A DNA stretch of 64,000 nucleotides. Source: a virus (Duplodnaviria > Heunggongvirae > Uroviricota > Caudoviricetes). This document shows positions 1 through 9,409 of this stretch, piece after piece (position 1 is the stretch's first letter; every line of letters starts with the position of its first letter). Made by a program: the position numbers and the translations under genes. Below the pieces are notes generated by a model, which did not search any database, had not been told where the DNA came from, and was given only the letters and a program-made list of their open reading frames with translations. Location of the stretch: the IMG/VR virus record IMGVR_UViG_3300010348_000547, positions 64,566-128,565 of that record; one strand, given 5' to 3'.

Positions 1-268
1 GAATGCCAGCCAGCTGCTTGACCTGAAGTCCCTTGTGATGGGTCCAACTATTAACTCTTACGAGGCTATGGGTTCTGACTTGATTGATATCTGGGATGAT
101 AAAGGTGGACAGTACTATAAGCGACGCGTAGGTCCATACTCTTGGCAAGACCAAGGCGGATTGAAGTTATGGGCTCATATGGGCAAGATGTTCGGATTGA
201 ATGCATCTAACATTGACCCTGCACAGCAGATAACAAACTTCCAAAAAGCTCAAGATATTAAACGCTAA
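1..268 (+). CDS. 3' end of an ORF that enters from upstream of the window (hypothetical protein)
   Basis: The frame is open from position 2 to the TAA at 266-268, and the stop overlaps the next start codon (ATGA). Confidence 0.4.
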   Translation, partial: NASQLLDLKSLVMGPTINSYEAMGSDLIDIWDDKGGQYYKRRVGPYSWQDQGGLKLWAHMGKMFGLNASNIDPAQQITNFQKAQDIKR

Positions 269-951
269 TGAAGGTTCTTGTATTGGTCCAGTCCATAGAC
301 AAAGATGGATACAGGGAGCTAATCCAAACGCAAAAAGAAACCTGGGATGCTATTCCGCACTCCCAGGTTAAAACTGTTTTCTATTTTCCAGACCCTCACA
401 AGGAAGGTTGGTTTGGACAAGATTTGTACGTCAGATCCAATACACATTATTATCTGATGTTTAATCATGCAATCGAGGCTATGAGACGCTGTTTAGAATA
501 TGAATGGGATTATCTATTCAAGACAGATAACTCAACGTATGTTTGCAAGCACGAACTGGTGAAAATCCTCCAGAATAAACCCAGAGAACATTACTTCGGT
601 GGACAACCTTACGAAGGACCTCCTTCACCGGATTGTAATTGGCCATTTATGTGGGGTGAGGGTATTGCTCTTTCCCGTGACCTGGTCGAATTCCTGGTTG
701 AATTTTACGGGACTCGTGTACCGGCTTGTTATTATGGTGCCGAAGATATGTTTATAGGAAGATGTTTAATGGACATGCCCGAGTGGGATAAGTCTCTCCT
801 GATATACCAATACGGGATTGCCAAAGGCAAGGTGATAAAATCTCACCATGTTTATCGCTGCAGAAAGGATGGAGCTGAACATGATTTTGATTCAACTATC
901 AAGTCCATGCGCCACATTCACCATGTACTCAGCATACTCAACAACTGGTGA
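268..951 (+). CDS. hypothetical protein (227 aa)
   Basis: Long ORF whose start overlaps the upstream stop; it lies convergent to the minus-strand block and a bidirectional terminator follows it. Confidence 0.55.
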   Translation: MKVLVLVQSIDKDGYRELIQTQKETWDAIPHSQVKTVFYFPDPHKEGWFGQDLYVRSNTHYYLMFNHAIEAMRRCLEYEWDYLFKTDNSTYVCKHELVKILQNKPREHYFGGQPYEGPPSPDCNWPFMWGEGIALSRDLVEFLVEFYGTRVPACYYGAEDMFIGRCLMDMPEWDKSLLIYQYGIAKGKVIKSHHVYRCRKDGAEHDFDSTIKSMRHIHHVLSILNNW

Positions 952-985
952 AAAAAAAAAAAGGGAACCCCGAAGGATTCCCTTT
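949..985 (-). terminator. rho-independent terminator of the minus-strand operon (probably bidirectional)
   Basis: Hairpin AAGGGAA-N10-TTCCCTT at 961-984 with a 12-nt A-run on the plus strand, i.e. a U-run after the hairpin on the minus strand. Confidence 0.6.
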
Positions 986-989
986 ACTA

Positions 990-1202
990 TTAACCATTCC
1001 GCTCAACTTGTCCGAGCAGATACGTCTCTAGCTTTTTTCCATCCAAGTCTAGTTCTTCAACGTCAACTTTGAATAGTTTAATTCTTTCTGCACTGAAACC
1101 AACAAGCACAAACTTTACAGGAGGTGTGTCAATTTCATCAACCAAGCTATAGGCGATGTGATGGACAAATACGTCTTTGTTATTCCATTTACACGTTTTC
1201 AT
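990..1202 (-). CDS. hypothetical protein (70 aa)
   Basis: ORF at the distal end of the minus-strand operon. Confidence 0.4.
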   Translation of the reverse strand: MKTCKWNNKDVFVHHIAYSLVDEIDTPPVKFVLVGFSAERIKLFKVDVEELDLDGKKLETYLLGQVERNG

Positions 1203-1584
1203 GAGGCAACAATATTGGTTTAATATTAGGTTTAAAATATCCCGGTCCCTTCAGGATCTTTCCATCTTCTCTGAAGACAGGTTTACCATCTTCACCTAAC
1301 TTAGACATATTACTGCGTTGAATCTCAGCAAAGACTTCTTCAATCTTGTGCTGCATCCCATGTTTAAGAATTGTCCCGCATAATATGTATAACTGGTCGC
1401 CTAAGGCGTCAGCAATACCTACCAGGTCCGCATCTCGACATGCTTCAATATACTCTTTATTTTCCTCATCCATGAGGTTGTAACGGAGCTCCGACTCTTT
1501 GTCCCTTAGCAATCTGGGAGAATCTCCATTCTCTACCAGAAATGCATTGTGGAATTCTTCCACTGCTTTTAATTGTTCTTTCAT
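1189..1584 (-). CDS. MazG-like nucleoside triphosphate pyrophosphohydrolase
   Basis: 131-aa all-alpha protein with EExxE/D-rich motifs typical of MazG/HisE-type pyrophosphatases (EEFHNAF...ELRYNLMDEENKEYIEA...DALGD). Confidence 0.55.
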   Translation of the reverse strand: MKEQLKAVEEFHNAFLVENGDSPRLLRDKESELRYNLMDEENKEYIEACRDADLVGIADALGDQLYILCGTILKHGMQHKIEEVFAEIQRSNMSKLGEDGKPVFREDGKILKGPGYFKPNIKPILLPHENV

Positions 1585-1732
1585 TGTATAGTTTTTGTGG
1601 TGTAAATTGTAATTCCTAACAGTTTAAAACCTGCTTTCTGTAGCTTTACATCATAAACCCAACAGTTGATATGGTGGTCGTAGGTGGGCTCTCTGAGAAC
1701 TCTAAGTTCGTAGAACCAGCCACATCCCAGAA

Positions 1733-2323
1733 TCATGCAGTCTTCAGCATCGGACGATACTGCTCCCCTATATGATCCCACATACCGTTCTTGTCGGGGT
1801 CACTTCCGTAAAAGCCACCACACGAATCTACTAATTCTTCATGAACATGTCCATGGTCACAAGTAGATTTTTTCACTAATTTGAAAGAGTAGATATCACC
1901 GGTCAGGTAACTATCATAAGTTTTCACTTCTCCTTCCAGAACACGTTTTGCTTTTGCAAGATTCTCTTCATTAATCTCACCGTATTCTTCTTTGATTTTC
2001 TCCTCTGTAACATATATCAGACCTACTTGGCCAGAATCCCACCTGCAGGAGAAACCTGTGGTGTTCATTGTGATACCGCTATGGTCATATAAATACAGGG
2101 GAAGGATTACCACGGCTTTCAAGTTCGTTCTTAAGTGCTCTTCCATTTCACTCCAGTTATTAAAATCATCTGAGTGAAAAGGGATGTTGTCATCACCTAA
2201 AGAATAACGTCTGTGAAAACAAGCCATGATTCCTAGATTGTCCCAACTACGCGGGTCATCTGGGCTTTCTTCTTGCTTAATCTGCAAGAAATGATTGTCA
2301 GCTAATTCTATTTCTCTTTCCAT
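1733..2323 (-). CDS. hypothetical protein (196 aa)
   Basis: ORF with His/Asp-rich motifs. A downstream ORF at 1581-1781 overlaps it in another frame, so a frameshift or fused gene is possible. Confidence 0.45.
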   Translation of the reverse strand: MEREIELADNHFLQIKQEESPDDPRSWDNLGIMACFHRRYSLGDDNIPFHSDDFNNWSEMEEHLRTNLKAVVILPLYLYDHSGITMNTTGFSCRWDSGQVGLIYVTEEKIKEEYGEINEENLAKAKRVLEGEVKTYDSYLTGDIYSFKLVKKSTCDHGHVHEELVDSCGGFYGSDPDKNGMWDHIGEQYRPMLKTA

Positions 2324-2652
2324 TAGTCTTCTGCATTACCTGGGTTATTAATGAACTTGTTGAATTCAGAGTCAAACGTAAAGCCTGCACCAATAAGTCT
2401 TGCTGTTACAGTTTCTAAATCAAATTCACCTGTTAATTCAAAATGAGCTTCAGCCATTTCAACTTCTTCTACACCACACTCAAGTAAGGTTTTGCCGGGC
2501 ATGTTATGTCCACCTAGTTCATCTGAACAAGCATGCGTTTCTTGCCAACACTTTTTAGTAGTAAAGACTACTATGTCATTGAAGTCATGGTCATCTCCAG
2601 ACATGACTGCAAAGATTATTTCTTCTGGTTTATATACGTATTCTTCTTCCAT
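2323..2652 (-). CDS. hypothetical protein (109 aa)
   Basis: ORF tightly packed against its neighbours with an ATGA overlap. Confidence 0.45.
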   Translation of the reverse strand: MEEEYVYKPEEIIFAVMSGDDHDFNDIVVFTTKKCWQETHACSDELGGHNMPGKTLLECGVEEVEMAEAHFELTGEFDLETVTARLIGAGFTFDSEFNKFINNPGNAED

Positions 2653-2653
2653 A

Positions 2654-2905
2654 TTATTGTATGCGTGTTAAGTGATCAACATCCCAAGCATTGTAGTAGA
2701 ACCCACCTGAACAGAATGTTACTTCATAAATACGGTTAGGTTGAACTGTTGTGTCTTGGGCAATATGCATTCTTTCACTTACTGTGTAAATACAACCAGG
2801 ACATACTTTTTGTACTCCTGCACGTCTTTGTTCATAATTAGCCTGACAGCTACGGCATCCCGTAAGTGTCAGGCTGATTAATACTATTCCTAATAGTTTC
2901 TTCAT
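2654..2905 (-). CDS. putative lipoprotein (83 aa)
   Basis: N-terminal signal peptide with a lipobox (MKKLLGIVLISLTLTGC). Confidence 0.5.
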   Translation of the reverse strand: MKKLLGIVLISLTLTGCRSCQANYEQRRAGVQKVCPGCIYTVSERMHIAQDTTVQPNRIYEVTFCSGGFYYNAWDVDHLTRIQ

Positions 2906-2906
2906 T

Positions 2907-3221
2907 TTAGTTTAAGATTACCCAGTCTTCTGCTAGCATGTCTGTTTGAGATGCTAACCAACCTGTTAAGATTTTCTTATCTGCAGTAAACATTCTGATG
3001 CTACCTAAAGCCTCAAAGTTTTCACCACCTACTTCTTTTTCTACAACCTCTCTCAAGGCTGGATCATGGATTGCTTTGGTAGGAACTATTCCTCCTGGTA
3101 ATAAGAATAAGAACATGTTCTTTCCATTCCATCCTTGACGGGCTACTCTTTTTCCGCTCTTAAGAGCTCTTAATGCTACACCAAAATCTACTTGGTCATA
3201 GTTTGCTGATTGTGCTTCCAT
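2907..3221 (-). CDS. DUF2829-like small protein (Tad2-like candidate)
   Basis: 104-aa protein with ALKSGKRVARQGWNGK near the N-terminus and WLASQTDMLAEDW near the C-terminus. I recall these as the DUF2829 signature. Confidence 0.45.
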   Translation of the reverse strand: MEAQSANYDQVDFGVALRALKSGKRVARQGWNGKNMFLFLLPGGIVPTKAIHDPALREVVEKEVGGENFEALGSIRMFTADKKILTGWLASQTDMLAEDWVILN

Positions 3222-3584
3222 TTATTTGTTTTTGATTGTTTCTTTAATAGTTGCTTCCTGTAATAGGAAATACACGATGATGTCTCCCAACTTCTCATTC
3301 ACCACTTCTTCCTTCACTTCCTTCCCTGCATCAATATCATCCAACATGTCCAGATAACTTACTAAGTGTTTCTGTAACATTCCGTGCAAAGCACGCGGCA
3401 TTGTTGTACGCTCCATCTCTGAAGCTCTACGGAAATTATGTAAGCGGTCATTACCACGAACATATTCTTTACCTTTTACAAGGATAAGCTGTTTAGTTTT
3501 CTCAATTCTTTCTGAGATAATGCGCTCTACTGTGTCCATTACAGGAGCTTTAACTGGTTTGTTTTTGCTTGCTCTTCTTGCCAT
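3222..3584 (-). CDS. hypothetical protein (120 aa)
   Basis: ORF with a basic N-terminus. Confidence 0.45.
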   Translation of the reverse strand: MARRASKNKPVKAPVMDTVERIISERIEKTKQLILVKGKEYVRGNDRLHNFRRASEMERTTMPRALHGMLQKHLVSYLDMLDDIDAGKEVKEEVVNEKLGDIIVYFLLQEATIKETIKNK

Positions 3585-4278
3585 TTTGTTCTTTTCTTTC
3601 TTGTTCGTATTTAAGTTTTCTTTTTCTGTCCGTAATCTTGTACTGCAACGACGGCATCTGGGACTTCATCAGGTTCAGGATTTTCTCTTTCTCCTCTCCC
3701 TCCACCGGCTGTTTCCTCCAGTTCAGTACCATCTTCTCATCATCAACGTAATAGTAGGCAGCGTATTCGTTACCACGGATATCGTATATCAGGAGACGGA
3801 ATAAATTGTCACTGACTACGTGTCCCTGCATTCCTCTCATCTGGATACCTGCGACGGTATTATTACCGGTCTCGCGGATACCTTTGAAGAAAAAGTTCTC
3901 AAGGAAATCTCTATCAGAACGAGTCATCATGTATGCCGTATTGTTCCACCTGAAGTGACCTTGCACATAGTCTTCTCCTTTTTTCCAAGTACGATGAATT
4001 CGCCCGGTGTTGTAACCATGTAACTGGTGACCACGCTCAGACATCTTCTCAAAGGATGTCCTGTTGTAATATGTCCACATCTTCACCTTCCCGCTGATGA
4101 TACTCTTCAGCATAGGCTTAACTGAGATAGGACAGCCTATGTTCAGGCACATGTGATGTATCTTGTCTACAAGAGCAATCATTCCCTCCAGATTCTCACC
4201 AGCATAGCAAGTGAGCATTAAATTGGTCTCTTTTTCTAGAAGAGCTTTTCTGTTGCTTAAAATGTCTAATGTATCCAT
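3550..4278 (-). CDS. hypothetical protein (242 aa)
   Basis: Long ORF. I could not place its His/Arg-rich central region in a family. Confidence 0.5.
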   Translation of the reverse strand: MDTLDILSNRKALLEKETNLMLTCYAGENLEGMIALVDKIHHMCLNIGCPISVKPMLKSIISGKVKMWTYYNRTSFEKMSERGHQLHGYNTGRIHRTWKKGEDYVQGHFRWNNTAYMMTRSDRDFLENFFFKGIRETGNNTVAGIQMRGMQGHVVSDNLFRLLIYDIRGNEYAAYYYVDDEKMVLNWRKQPVEGEEKEKILNLMKSQMPSLQYKITDRKRKLKYEQERKEQNGKKSKQKQTS

Positions 4279-4283
4279 GTTGT

Positions 4284-4502
4284 TTATCGTGCACGTTCTA
4301 ACACTCTCATTAAATTATAAGATGTAAAACCTTCAAGTTCGTCCGCTAGTTCATCGGGTATTTCAGGTTCATCTGAAAAATTACATCCTTCATACCTTGC
4401 ACCTGAACGGGTTGGTATGCATTTTTGAGTATAAGTTTTTCCCTTATAGTTAAGAACTATTGTGGCTTCTTTGCGCGTTGCTGTGATTGTAATTGTATCC
4501 AT
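4284..4502 (-). CDS. hypothetical protein (72 aa)
   Basis: ORF. Confidence 0.35.
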   Translation of the reverse strand: MDTITITATRKEATIVLNYKGKTYTQKCIPTRSGARYEGCNFSDEPEIPDELADELEGFTSYNLMRVLERAR

Positions 4503-4503
4503 G

Positions 4504-4722
4504 TTATTTGCATTTGCATCCCCAGTTAGGGTTTTCTTGATGCTCTTTTAATGTTATGGTTTTAATATCAAGGTCATCTTCAGAAGCTTCTTTCATAAAA
4601 TTAGCTCTTTGTTTTTTGTCCATGCAGTGCCATACAGCTGCCGATACATTACCGTTACATTTTCTGCAAAAGCCAATTTTTATTTCTACCTCTTCTGGTG
4701 GAAGTTCTTTAGTTTTGTCCAT
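4504..4722 (-). CDS. zinc-ribbon protein (72 aa)
   Basis: CxxC...CxC cysteine pairs (CRKCNG...CKCK). Confidence 0.4.
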   Translation of the reverse strand: MDKTKELPPEEVEIKIGFCRKCNGNVSAAVWHCMDKKQRANFMKEASEDDLDIKTITLKEHQENPNWGCKCK

Positions 4723-4784
4723 GTTGTTTAAAAATTATAAGGAGCCCTCGGTCGAAACTCCGGACTCCTTACCCATCGCCATGG

Positions 4785-5108
4785 TTAGTTTTGTGATTCT
4801 TGTCTCTTTTCTTTCAGAACTTTCACCAGCTTCTCAATTTCAAACCTCATCTCTTCAGGGATGCTGTTCATATATTCTTCAGTTGGTTTAATGAAGTTCA
4901 TGTTTTCGTCCAGAGTATTTATCTCAAGACATTTATCGCAAAGGATGATATCACCAGGACGCATTTCTACTTCCTGGTTACCATCAAATGGCAATGCTGA
5001 CTTCATCTCGAAGCCGCAGTGCCCGCATTTGTTTTCATTAGTGTTCATAACAGTTTCCACATAATTGTCCATCATAGAAAATTGCAGTAGATGGTTGCAT
5101 GGTACCAC
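4785..5108 (-). CDS. zinc-ribbon protein (107 aa)
   Basis: CGHCG...CDKC motifs. Confidence 0.4.
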   Translation of the reverse strand: MVPCNHLLQFSMMDNYVETVMNTNENKCGHCGFEMKSALPFDGNQEVEMRPGDIILCDKCLEINTLDENMNFIKPTEEYMNSIPEEMRFEIEKLVKVLKEKRQESQN

Positions 5109-6153
5109 ATTTCATACATGGCCATCCATCCTCATCCACAACTTCTGTTGGGGTTTCTACTACCGGTTCTTCAGCTTGGTGGTTCTGTTCCACTTCAGCC
5201 ATTGTCACCGGATACTTTTGAATTGCTTCTCTACCGATTTCCTCGATGATATCCGTCTTCTCCTGAACTTCCTCAGCATTATTTTGCTCAACCGCATGCC
5301 CAATACATGGTGCTACGGCTTCTTTCATTTCTGCAGATTGCTCTGCTTCCTTGATAGCATCGATAATGTTTAGCTGGTTAGGATTATCTGCGATAATGTT
5401 TTCCGGCTTAGACTCCTCAATATGTAATACAGGATTACCTACATTAAAGTCTTTGCAGATTAGATAGTGAATCATTCTTTGCTGGTCCATCCAGGTACGC
5501 GGATGTGATTTCTGAAGAGCAAAGATGATTGCATTATACATTTCCCACAAGCTATCCGTGATACCTGAGTATTCGAAACTTGGCTTTCTGAATTCCGTCT
5601 TCACAATCCCTAATTGCTCACCAGTAACAAGCTCATTCATATAATATGCACGGCCCATAAATTCTGCACGCAACTGCTCAGGTGCCAATATGTTCTTCAT
5701 TATCTCTTTGTCCATGATTAGCTGCTTAAAATACTCTTCAGCATTGTTAATCTGCTCCTCTATCTGGTCAAACACTTCCTGGTCTGCTGTTCCTGTATGC
5801 TTTCTTCCGAACGTAGCCATGTTTCCGCCAATCACTGTTGCCAATGATGCATGCACATAACCTCCGATAGAACACTTAAAGCGCATGCTTTTGTCGTATG
5901 AATTACTCCACGCGAACATCATTCCCAAATCTGGGTCATCTCCGTAGTTCAGGTGATATATTCCCTGCGCTACCTGAGCTCCCTCATTGCATCGATACAG
6001 CTCACGCTGAATCTCCAATCCTTTACTAGCAAGGACTTCACGGACTTTATCAATAATTGCTCCGTGCGATATCACAGTGTACGTATCAGTTGCCTCTGGA
6101 AGTGAAGCTTTGATTAAATACTCGTGTGTAGTTGTATTTGCTCTTTTACTCAT
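5038..6153 (-). CDS. DUF932-like phage/plasmid protein with a C-terminal zinc ribbon
   Basis: 371 aa. The N-terminal region resembles the DUF932 (TIGR03299) family, and the C-terminus has CMKCG...CGNC. Confidence 0.45.
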   Translation of the reverse strand: MSKRANTTTHEYLIKASLPEATDTYTVISHGAIIDKVREVLASKGLEIQRELYRCNEGAQVAQGIYHLNYGDDPDLGMMFAWSNSYDKSMRFKCSIGGYVHASLATVIGGNMATFGRKHTGTADQEVFDQIEEQINNAEEYFKQLIMDKEIMKNILAPEQLRAEFMGRAYYMNELVTGEQLGIVKTEFRKPSFEYSGITDSLWEMYNAIIFALQKSHPRTWMDQQRMIHYLICKDFNVGNPVLHIEESKPENIIADNPNQLNIIDAIKEAEQSAEMKEAVAPCIGHAVEQNNAEEVQEKTDIIEEIGREAIQKYPVTMAEVEQNHQAEEPVVETPTEVVDEDGWPCMKCGTMQPSTAIFYDGQLCGNCYEH

Positions 6154-6370
6154 TTGTTTTTGGTTGATTACTGTTTATAAAATCTATCCATTGTTGCCCT
6201 GTCCAATCCAATGAGGTGAGCCCAGTGGGTACCAATTGTTTTCCAATTGCTATATCCCACTTGCCTCCCCATTTAACGGGCCATCCTGCTTTTAACTGAT
6301 GATCAATTATCACTCGTCTTACCAGGCGTGAACTCCTTAACGGAGTGTTTAAAGGTGTATTCCAAATCAT
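6146..6370 (-). CDS. hypothetical protein (74 aa)
   Basis: ORF. Confidence 0.35.
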   Translation of the reverse strand: MIWNTPLNTPLRSSRLVRRVIIDHQLKAGWPVKWGGKWDIAIGKQLVPTGLTSLDWTGQQWIDFINSNQPKTNE

Positions 6371-8290
6371 TTAAAACAAGCTTAATTGTTGTTTTGGCTT
6401 TGGACAGATGTTATGTATTTCCTTGTAGATTTTTTCTAAGTAATAGCTCTCATCTACATTGTACTCTGCCCAAGGCTTCTTTACGAAATAACTCAAATCC
6501 TCCTGCATCCATTTACCGGATTCCAGTTGGATTTCCCTGCCGTCACTTTTATTCACCTTCATTATTTTGCAGCCTCTTTCAGATATATAATACCTAATCG
6601 TTTTCTGCAAAACTGTTTTCTCTATTGCTTTATTTCTTAAACAAGTTTGTTGAAATTCCCAGTCACCTTTGATTTTTACGCCTGCGCAATAATCAAGGAT
6701 GTTCCGGTTTTCCAGGAGAAATCTTTCTGGTGGAACGTCGTTGACAAAGTAATTGAAGATTGCCTTAGGGATAATGAGGAAGCTCTTGTTCTTATGAAGA
6801 GCTAAATCTTCAAACTCAAATCTACCTTTACACTTGTACTTACCAGCTTTGTTTACGGCAATGTAATTATTCACATCTCCAATAATCATCTTGGTGTACT
6901 CATCGTGTTCCAGTTGCAGGTTGGTTATCTTCTCCCATTCGGCACAGATTGCTAAATACTTTTCCTTATACTGTTCAGGAATCATCATTTCCAGACCATC
7001 TGTGTTTTGCATCAGTGGTACGGAACCTGGAATTCCTTCCGCTAACATTTCATACAGCATCATCAGACTTAGCTGTCCATTGATGGTAATCTGCATGGTG
7101 AACTGCGGGTCATACAGGAAAGAGTTTCGGTCGTTGCTTAGACCATAAGTTGAGTTAAGGATAATCTTGTACACATAATTCCGTGGGTCTTTCTTAGGGA
7201 TTTTCTTTCTCTCCTCGAAGAACCACTCATACAGTTGACAGAAATCCTTTTTAGGAAGGTGAGCAGGTGCCCAACCATTCCTGATTGCTAGATTCGGATA
7301 GAAGCTAGTCACATCCGATGTCATGATGATCATACCGTTACCTGAAACATACACTCCTGGTTCAGTGCAACCATGTACACCACCTAAGCCAAAATCAGTT
7401 TGTACCCCTTTGTATTTGAGAGAATATTTAAACCCTCCCTTGGTTACATTAGGGTTAACTACTACGGCTTTGAAATTGTCCAAGAGGTCTTGGAAAATAG
7501 GGGTTTTGAACTTCACATAGGGTACAATGATATCCTTCACCATAATGAGCGACCGGTTGGTGCGCATCTGACGTAAGTCATACTTTTGTATTCCAGTTTC
7601 CTTACTCAGGAAATGCATGAAAAGTTCTTTGGAAATTCTTGGTTCTGAAGCACTGAAGAGTCTTATCTTATACTCATCGGTCAAGGCGCCTCGCAGCGTG
7701 ATTTGTTCCTTGCTCAATTGCATAATCTTCTTAGTGGACTTCACATCATTCTTACAATAAGAGATAATCAAGTTGATTTGCTCCATTGTTTTAATACGAG
7801 TGCTGTGGTGAATTGGCATCTCTTGTATATTCTCCCAGTCCATGGAATACTGTATCCATTTCAAGGAAGACCTCTTTGCTGGGTTATCCCAGTGATTGAG
7901 CTTAAACACATCTACCTGTTCTATGGATAGATTTCTTTCACTGTATTCTGCAAACTCTCCAAACTCTTGCCGGCTGATTACCTCCTGCGCCTTCTCATAG
8001 ATGGCGGTTGCAATCTGTTCAGCGGTCATAGTGGACAATTTCTTCTTCTCCCGAAGAACAAATTCAGTAATCTGAGAGTCAAATGAAAGACCATTGAATG
8101 ACACATGCCATTCCTTTAGCTTTTTATTTTCTTCCAGAAAGGTTAAGAACTCTGGAAACTGGTCCAGGAGCTCATGGATAACGAAGACACGGGTATCGTC
8201 CGTCTTGTAATTTTCAAAGCATGCCACAAAACAATTACTGAGAGTTTCGTAGTCATGCACCCAATGGGTTCGAAGTCTCGGTTGGCTCAT
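6371..8290 (-). CDS. family B DNA polymerase (compact, 639 aa) with a 3'-5' exonuclease domain
   Basis: Exo I (HDYETL), Exo II (YCKNDV), motif A (DVTSFYPNL), motif B (KIILNSTYGLSN) and motif C (NTDGL). Confidence 0.7.
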   Translation of the reverse strand: MSQPRLRTHWVHDYETLSNCFVACFENYKTDDTRVFVIHELLDQFPEFLTFLEENKKLKEWHVSFNGLSFDSQITEFVLREKKKLSTMTAEQIATAIYEKAQEVISRQEFGEFAEYSERNLSIEQVDVFKLNHWDNPAKRSSLKWIQYSMDWENIQEMPIHHSTRIKTMEQINLIISYCKNDVKSTKKIMQLSKEQITLRGALTDEYKIRLFSASEPRISKELFMHFLSKETGIQKYDLRQMRTNRSLIMVKDIIVPYVKFKTPIFQDLLDNFKAVVVNPNVTKGGFKYSLKYKGVQTDFGLGGVHGCTEPGVYVSGNGMIIMTSDVTSFYPNLAIRNGWAPAHLPKKDFCQLYEWFFEERKKIPKKDPRNYVYKIILNSTYGLSNDRNSFLYDPQFTMQITINGQLSLMMLYEMLAEGIPGSVPLMQNTDGLEMMIPEQYKEKYLAICAEWEKITNLQLEHDEYTKMIIGDVNNYIAVNKAGKYKCKGRFEFEDLALHKNKSFLIIPKAIFNYFVNDVPPERFLLENRNILDYCAGVKIKGDWEFQQTCLRNKAIEKTVLQKTIRYYISERGCKIMKVNKSDGREIQLESGKWMQEDLSYFVKKPWAEYNVDESYYLEKIYKEIHNICPKPKQQLSLF

Positions 8291-8380
8291 GCGATTGTAT
8301 TCAGTTTAGCTGTTTCCCCGTCTAGTATAGACACAAAAGGGAGCACATGGCTCCCTTCGGTGACTACGGTGTGTAATCTA

Positions 8381-8803
8381 TTACGGTTTTATTAACTCAA
8401 TTTTCTTTTCCTCAGGCATGATAATCGCTGGATCAACCATGTACTTTTGGAAATCATAAGTGTCTGCATTCACTGCAATCATCTTAATCAAGCTAATAAT
8501 TTCTTCTTTCTCTGCTAAATAGTGCTCTGTATATGTCTCTAAGTGAACTCGCGTTTCCTTGTACGTTTTACCGTTCAAGCGCTTGTCTTTTGCTTTCATA
8601 GGGTCACCGTTCTCATCTAAGCGCGGTAACATGTGTACGGATTCTTTCTTTTCTCTTGACATCATCACTAAGATGCGTCCTTCAGGCATGAAGATACCTT
8701 CATTGAATGGACAGTCTTTGTGAATTGGCATTAGCTTAAACGTTTTTTCGCCTTGCATGGCTGACGTGATAAGCATCATTGTTGGTTGTACGATTGCTGA
8801 CAT
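8381..8803 (-). CDS. hypothetical protein (140 aa)
   Basis: ORF. Confidence 0.45.
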   Translation of the reverse strand: MSAIVQPTMMLITSAMQGEKTFKLMPIHKDCPFNEGIFMPEGRILVMMSREKKESVHMLPRLDENGDPMKAKDKRLNGKTYKETRVHLETYTEHYLAEKEEIISLIKMIAVNADTYDFQKYMVDPAIIMPEEKKIELIKP

Positions 8804-8832
8804 GTTTTTTGATTTTTAAGTTGGACTACAAA

Positions 8833-9399
8833 TTACGGCTTTTCTTTTACAATTTCCAAATTGGAAACAGAGATTGTTAATGTCTCCTTTTCCATGTCTG
8901 GTAAATCACAAAGTTCACCCACGCTTCTCAGGACTTCTTCCTCTATACCGGATAAATCCGAATACAGCTTGAAGTATTTTTCAGGAAACAAGAATGATTC
9001 AATATAAGGTAAGTGGGCACTTTTATGTCCAAAATACGCTCCTATTGCTTTCTTGTGTTCTTTTGAAATCTTTGAATACTTTCCTGTGAGAACGCTGTTC
9101 CAGTCCTTAATCATCGGCTGTAGATTAAACACGTAGACCCCTTGCTTCTCTGCTACTTGTATAAACTCATGGAAGTATTTGTTTCCACGGAGTTTAACTC
9201 TTTCAAACATCTTAAAATCTTCATCTTCTCTGAGATGATAGAGACAACACAACATACCGTCTTCAGGCTTGTAACGCCCTTCCCACGACATGTGTGTCTT
9301 AACGGGAGTTACACTTACTCCTCGTTTGATTTCCAGGGCCGGGTATAGAAATACCTGGCTCTTCTGGAAATACTCTTTATACATTGAGACTATCTTCAT
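8833..9399 (-). CDS. hypothetical protein (188 aa)
   Basis: ORF. Confidence 0.45.
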   Translation of the reverse strand: MKIVSMYKEYFQKSQVFLYPALEIKRGVSVTPVKTHMSWEGRYKPEDGMLCCLYHLREDEDFKMFERVKLRGNKYFHEFIQVAEKQGVYVFNLQPMIKDWNSVLTGKYSKISKEHKKAIGAYFGHKSAHLPYIESFLFPEKYFKLYSDLSGIEEEVLRSVGELCDLPDMEKETLTISVSNLEIVKEKP

Positions 9400-9409
9400 A
9401 CGCTAACAG

